DNA of 64,000 bases. Origin: Pseudomonadota bacterium. GTDB lineage: Bacteria; Pseudomonadota; Alphaproteobacteria; RF32; CAG-239. The stretch is from assembly GCA_918234285.1 (NCBI GenBank), contig CAKJXZ020000010.1, positions 32,001 through 96,000 of the forward strand, written 5' to 3'. The translations under genes were made by a program, and so were the position numbers. Under the pieces are notes generated by a model, which saw nothing but the letters and a program-made list of their open reading frames with translations, was not told the origin of the DNA and did no database searches. Positions 62,601 to 64,000 of this stretch are shown in pieces. Numbering within the stretch: the first letter of the stretch is position 1; each line of letters starts with the position of its first letter.

Positions 62601-63998
62601 AATAAACCACAAACTCTTGGTTACCCAACTTACTTCGGAGGTTGGTTTCATAATGCCGACGGAATAGCCGATATCAATATCTTGACCGGAAGTAATATCG
62701 GCTCCCGAATTCACGTTCAGCGTATTGTTAACCTTTCTCGATAAGATTCCGCCCTCGGTCGTTGAAGCTATAAACGCATCATTTTCAGTATGAGCATACT
62801 GATCCAGATTGTTGACTGATTTATTCATGTAATCAATATCAACTAAATTTCCAGCCTGCAACGAACCGCTGTTTTCTACCACATTATTGATTGTTAAATA
62901 AAGATAAGACAACGCAGAAGGCACACCCTCAAAGTTGCGGGCATCCGAAAAAGTGCGAACGGCCAAATCATTGTTTGAATTAAAGCTGATGTCTAATTTT
63001 TCGCCAGCCGTTATTTTTGATTTGTTATCAAGCTCCAGTTTGTTGGTATTTGTAACTTCCAGCGTATTTTCAAAACGCGGTGCGGAAACCAAACCGCGTA
63101 AATCTCCATCGATTTTTTGCTTAAACAAAGATGAGGTTACCGCCTGTATTTCTGCATTACGCGCGGCATTAAGCACCGAATTTTGCAATTTGATTTCGCT
63201 GGTTTGCGTTAACTTATTGATTAAAGTAAAGTAGCTCACTGCCACCGCTCCGCCGCCGGCACCGGAATACTTGATGAAATCATTGTCATGCGTACGCATA
63301 TCAGACGATGCTTTCAAATCTATGTCTTTGGCCTTTATTTGCGAGTCTTTAATCAGTAATTGCGCGCCGGCCGTATATTCGTTCAAAGTATAATTGTTAA
63401 TTACCGAGATAAAGCCGCCGCCGTTGTTCCATGCAGATTCTCGCAAAATTTCCTTATTATCGACACCTATTTTTACTTTTCCTTTGGCATTAATATTTGA
63501 GTTCTCGACTTTTATATCGGTAGAAGTCTCAAAATTAAGGAACAGATCACTCAAACTGACATTAATGAAACCGCCGGAACCGTCCGTTGTTTCAACATCA
63601 AATATATTTTCGGATTTGTTGGAAATATCCCATGAATCGGTCTTAGCGGCATCAGAAGTCAGATTTTTTAAATTCAGAATGGAATCTCCTCGGAGAGTGT
63701 TGTGTGCTTCGGTATCGCTTACGTTAATAAATCCGCCGGAACCGGAGCCTTTACTCATGGTCGAATCTCTGTGTGTATTGATGTTAACGGAAGCGGAGCC
63801 GACATTAAATTTGCCGCCGATATTAGCATTTGTATCTGAAGTCAATTCCGAATCAATTCGGATTCTGCCACCGCTGACAATAACACCGAGGTTAAACGCA
63901 CTCAAGTCCGATTTGATTTTTGAATTATGAGTCGCATTAATAACGGCATTTTGTAAAACCGTATTCGTGCCGGAAATATTCAAATTCAGCGTACTGGT
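53652..63998 (-). CDS. Giant filamentous beta-helical repeat adhesin with C-terminal PilZ-like domain (5' end outside window)
   Basis: Frame open to the window edge (>3443 aa). Many G.I.N..G.I.I.N.G repeats. C-terminus ARYEV...IIEISRYDA...LKCVVTKIE...VKF fits the PilZ barrel pattern. Confidence 0.8.
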   Translation of the reverse strand, partial: TSTLNLNISGTNTVLQNAVINATHNSKIKSDLSAFNLGVIVSGGRIRIDSELTSDTNANIGGKFNVGSASVNINTHRDSTMSKGSGSGGFINVSDTEAHNTLRGDSILNLKNLTSDAAKTDSWDISNKSENIFDVETTDGSGGFINVSLSDLFLNFETSTDIKVENSNINAKGKVKIGVDNKEILRESAWNNGGGFISVINNYTLNEYTAGAQLLIKDSQIKAKDIDLKASSDMRTHDNDFIKYSGAGGGAVAVSYFTLINKLTQTSEIKLQNSVLNAARNAEIQAVTSSLFKQKIDGDLRGLVSAPRFENTLEVTNTNKLELDNKSKITAGEKLDISFNSNNDLAVRTFSDARNFEGVPSALSYLYLTINNVVENSGSLQAGNLVDIDYMNKSVNNLDQYAHTENDAFIASTTEGGILSRKVNNTLNVNSGADITSGQDIDIGYSVGIMKPTSEVSWVTKSLWFITDSGSSTVDKPSNNYSLKNDGEIVAGQGNSRYMRINRDGTVDMSTLKGFYDGDYILYDGQLIDGQEAKDNNLAAITADIRSIDEALTELNGTISDLEATINYFDAQKTPLLTKLSEINELQADGYILTEAKTDADGNSDFNTIIQNDLYDLLIDETDANKVTQEQYNQFINAYGSKLEEINAYNYGYTEKLEIPTIAEFIDANDYGLSDAQKANIALNYGTADALLVGENENQISLEQYNQITVAYKEKINDINIHNYGHSEKKETPTFWEFLEGYDFTEAQITTIKDGYSTINSRLQSTTVGKFTTYENSSGKYVSVTDLDVTGDEPTFKELTQIKSELSLLNNQIGAYTARKNSNVAAQTALNTKKNSLQAEYDNLLATDALKYERVDNLYLIVFNDIDYKNARINIDGAYNGNISGHGEFRVASGGVKIDNYSPRSVIFGEINVDSATGNGLFIGGKNHAEFADKEQAVSGKDAYEYINNISGHKAFNELPTDGAHYVSGDDGTVGVTVNNYYDVLHPFADTFDIPNPTMEANVFFVDDINTSILNVWSESGNILVLSDNLDIGTLNAYSTNGLIGIVMGSGSEFALNSGSNMFASDGVFINADSVNIAGNIKTGYTERSITITDEMLNNLITDPTSGEVNMINLGGTVSPYLNDVNNIKAIYKDGAIYLYNLPETVTNNGVRISKIISENSTGTITGNITTADGYQNITIVNETDKPLNVENITNAYFEGVVETNGIDTESATITKNSKNHAETNITSAGKLILDGIIRNNVRRSLVDDSYLVQTANGKLNVEANNGLDIAQILQIGNIVDTIFAGGLIDITINGGKADIAGNITDKGNIAIYSYGDDDIDINGDITDTIGNINIQNDGTGKLTLNGKILARKGDISVLGTGTGVTVITDEITDNQGDITIVSKGLTASEDATVRAKNGDISITNNADTLALYGSINADSGNLSLQNNGDTAIIAGYITDEQGDLTIINNKGNMTISAEIYHNYVNSEAEGMITVVNNPGGELLNIQSAIQTWGKGKTEDDKTTAILLDNRSGNTGMTIDKAVTARIGDIIIRNTAKDLTISGAISNTEQGNIEIYNTGKDLQTTSNITNTKGDTTIANTGTGKTLVDGSILNKDGNTAISGSGTMLELSGTVNNTGGNTSLTNTAGQLQITGNITNKGGDITANNTGSLTEITSVIKNEDGSIHLSNSGGDFNIDDNAQISNNTANAEDSITIANSGDNLNISGIVESTNKGNIVITNAGSVANLKNRIFAQEGDINISNSNAGALKLMGDVVDYKGNVSITNTGTNGAEIGGIITDEKGDITITNNGGDILTYTGSIINYDGAVVINNKENAKQAQIGGTITNKKGNTTLSNAGLNMTFSGSIDNQDGSVNILGTNSGNNAFVKVGGNVSNQGGDVVINNLGSYTEVSAEITNKNGAIAISNAKGNLVITENAAIENDTANAAQGITLGNADTANILRMNGAIDSLNKGNISIVNNGSGNTIITGDITAHNGNIGITNNTAGNLNIEDATVVTETAGNINIYGSGGKLSVIDAWLETDTEGDITITNEGSDATSVSGDVITDKGDILISNKAEKLEISADISANQGDIDIENHGADLEIAEDASIATETEGGISVINEGNGNLSIDGDITAETVGDILINNSGKKLSVSSDITAKEGKIDIINEGTDAALIEGDITATTGDITVVNNTKTLDISGDISTAKGDVDITNNSTDSGTTISGDVSTDNGEVSIENNGGKLTVSGDITDTEGNIEIANHGADGSDISQKVSAEEGNITVNNTAGTLSLTATGDITADKGNIAVENAGDKLAVFGQISNNNGKVDITNNGDNGAEFASSAKVTNNQANTVITNNKGDLIIADGAEIKNIESGNIRIENKDDVFSVAGKIAHSGTGDIGLNNSGAESFELTSTGEVAADKGNISIINTAAKGAKIAGTIIDKDGNTAIDNKNSLTYAATLKNSGGDTIIANTGDAAMSGSVSNTGGNTSIANSGGALSLASTVNNVGGNLSITNSGNGTTVSGDLDNTGGDVVIENIGKDLVLTADSTVDNNDTGNISITNSGDGKLALNGAINNNVSGNTIITNTGANGAEIAGKITNTQGNLTVQNQKSDLVFTQGSALQNRTSGDIKIENTAEAATLTVAGVLDNSGNGNIVTENRGAGEFTITPSGNIYAANGDINLTNINNGGMQIAGQVVANNGKTTVDNTSKDGMKVATTGQIIGKTGDIAINNSGANGIKIEGKVLAQKQNIIINNRDSDLIIGELDSANDNYVEATAGDIVIKQANGDILNGIIDTSGNKHQNADLGNPQQSYKTLISAAGDLVMKVSDGDIGHTDNTSPGFSIDASTRDWTDSVNINVGGDVMAIAANDNKSDARLINLRAKDSDMNVKNVMADGNVLLTAADWKQADVSPTPDDEEYFKGYSVINTADGDEAAVSGRNISVIASNNIGSKDKNFKYMQDTAADPDSSVSFEAEYDLKITGTANSDSETKIYQIISKHGTLDLNLESDAAIGYITSGDGLEITQKAQNLTIGEIGLSSSEYIPQDDFEDILYPHDGLIYGDDSPSGGNVVPKYVMISVLDAIDTAERSDSNLKIYSLTVRGNNGDNADYYPDGGRLADVTLMADNIYVNSDKAPDSNVSTKANPDGYKQTQTSYNDEIFGGKGEIHNAKGINAYGEGTPLSLDIIGVDKDIVENIVTNPQRNEYKEQTSLKDIPSKFKNVEDSIYDYDFRVKNAVISVNDYVDSERGVEFDTLYADNAYVNTMDTNLTIHDGYVNNYAELRNGNRDADSSRYLVVIDNDYRRLVPSNVQLYTTKTGSFGLSINDKVRMHTPSPVTHYDWDKLVNTFDDENSFVRLGMKETEIRQQAKQYYQYGNIYVMPENIEARYEVQKEGALAANVEIIEISRYDAVIVNQYSWQLGEEHELELRFDDVNAKLKCVVTKIENNLATVKFKDMPAGIANRLAHRYMKTAGK

Positions 63999-64000
63999 AT

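Overview
Chromosomal core region of an AT-rich Alphaproteobacterium. The gene set and synteny (psd-pssA, rarA-rluC-ATP12, tim44-mltA-smr/secB, XRE-trmB, RHH_4) suggest an uncultured host- or gut-associated Rhodospirillales-like lineage, which is inference. Between coaE-dnaQ and rho lies a probable oriC with three TTATNCACA DnaA boxes and a TTAA-N7-TTAAC CtrA-type box. The window also has two near-identical atypical tRNA-Val genes (GAC and CAC), the S10-spc ribosomal operon (rpsJ-rplO), and an inverted secY-adk-rpsM-rpsK-rpoA block with no rplQ, followed by alaS. From about 40 kb is an accessory surface region: a giant PilV-like type IVb pilus adhesin with an upstream partner, a HEXXH autotransporter, a small-enzyme islet (UDG-like, esterase, GNAT, CatA-like, MIF-like) and a >3400-aa repeat adhesin ending in a PilZ-like domain. 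The most unusual signal is three 105-130 nt palindromes at the stop codons of rpmD, rplO and rpoA. They share one apical core (CTYRYGTACC-N4-5-TGTACRCNNCG) but have unrelated arms, and two lie at the rearrangement junction. Also notable are a Psd lacking its pyruvoyl-forming Ser, a shared basic C-terminal tail on orphan proteins, and strong CCGG enrichment. No CRISPR, rRNA, transposase or integrase was seen.
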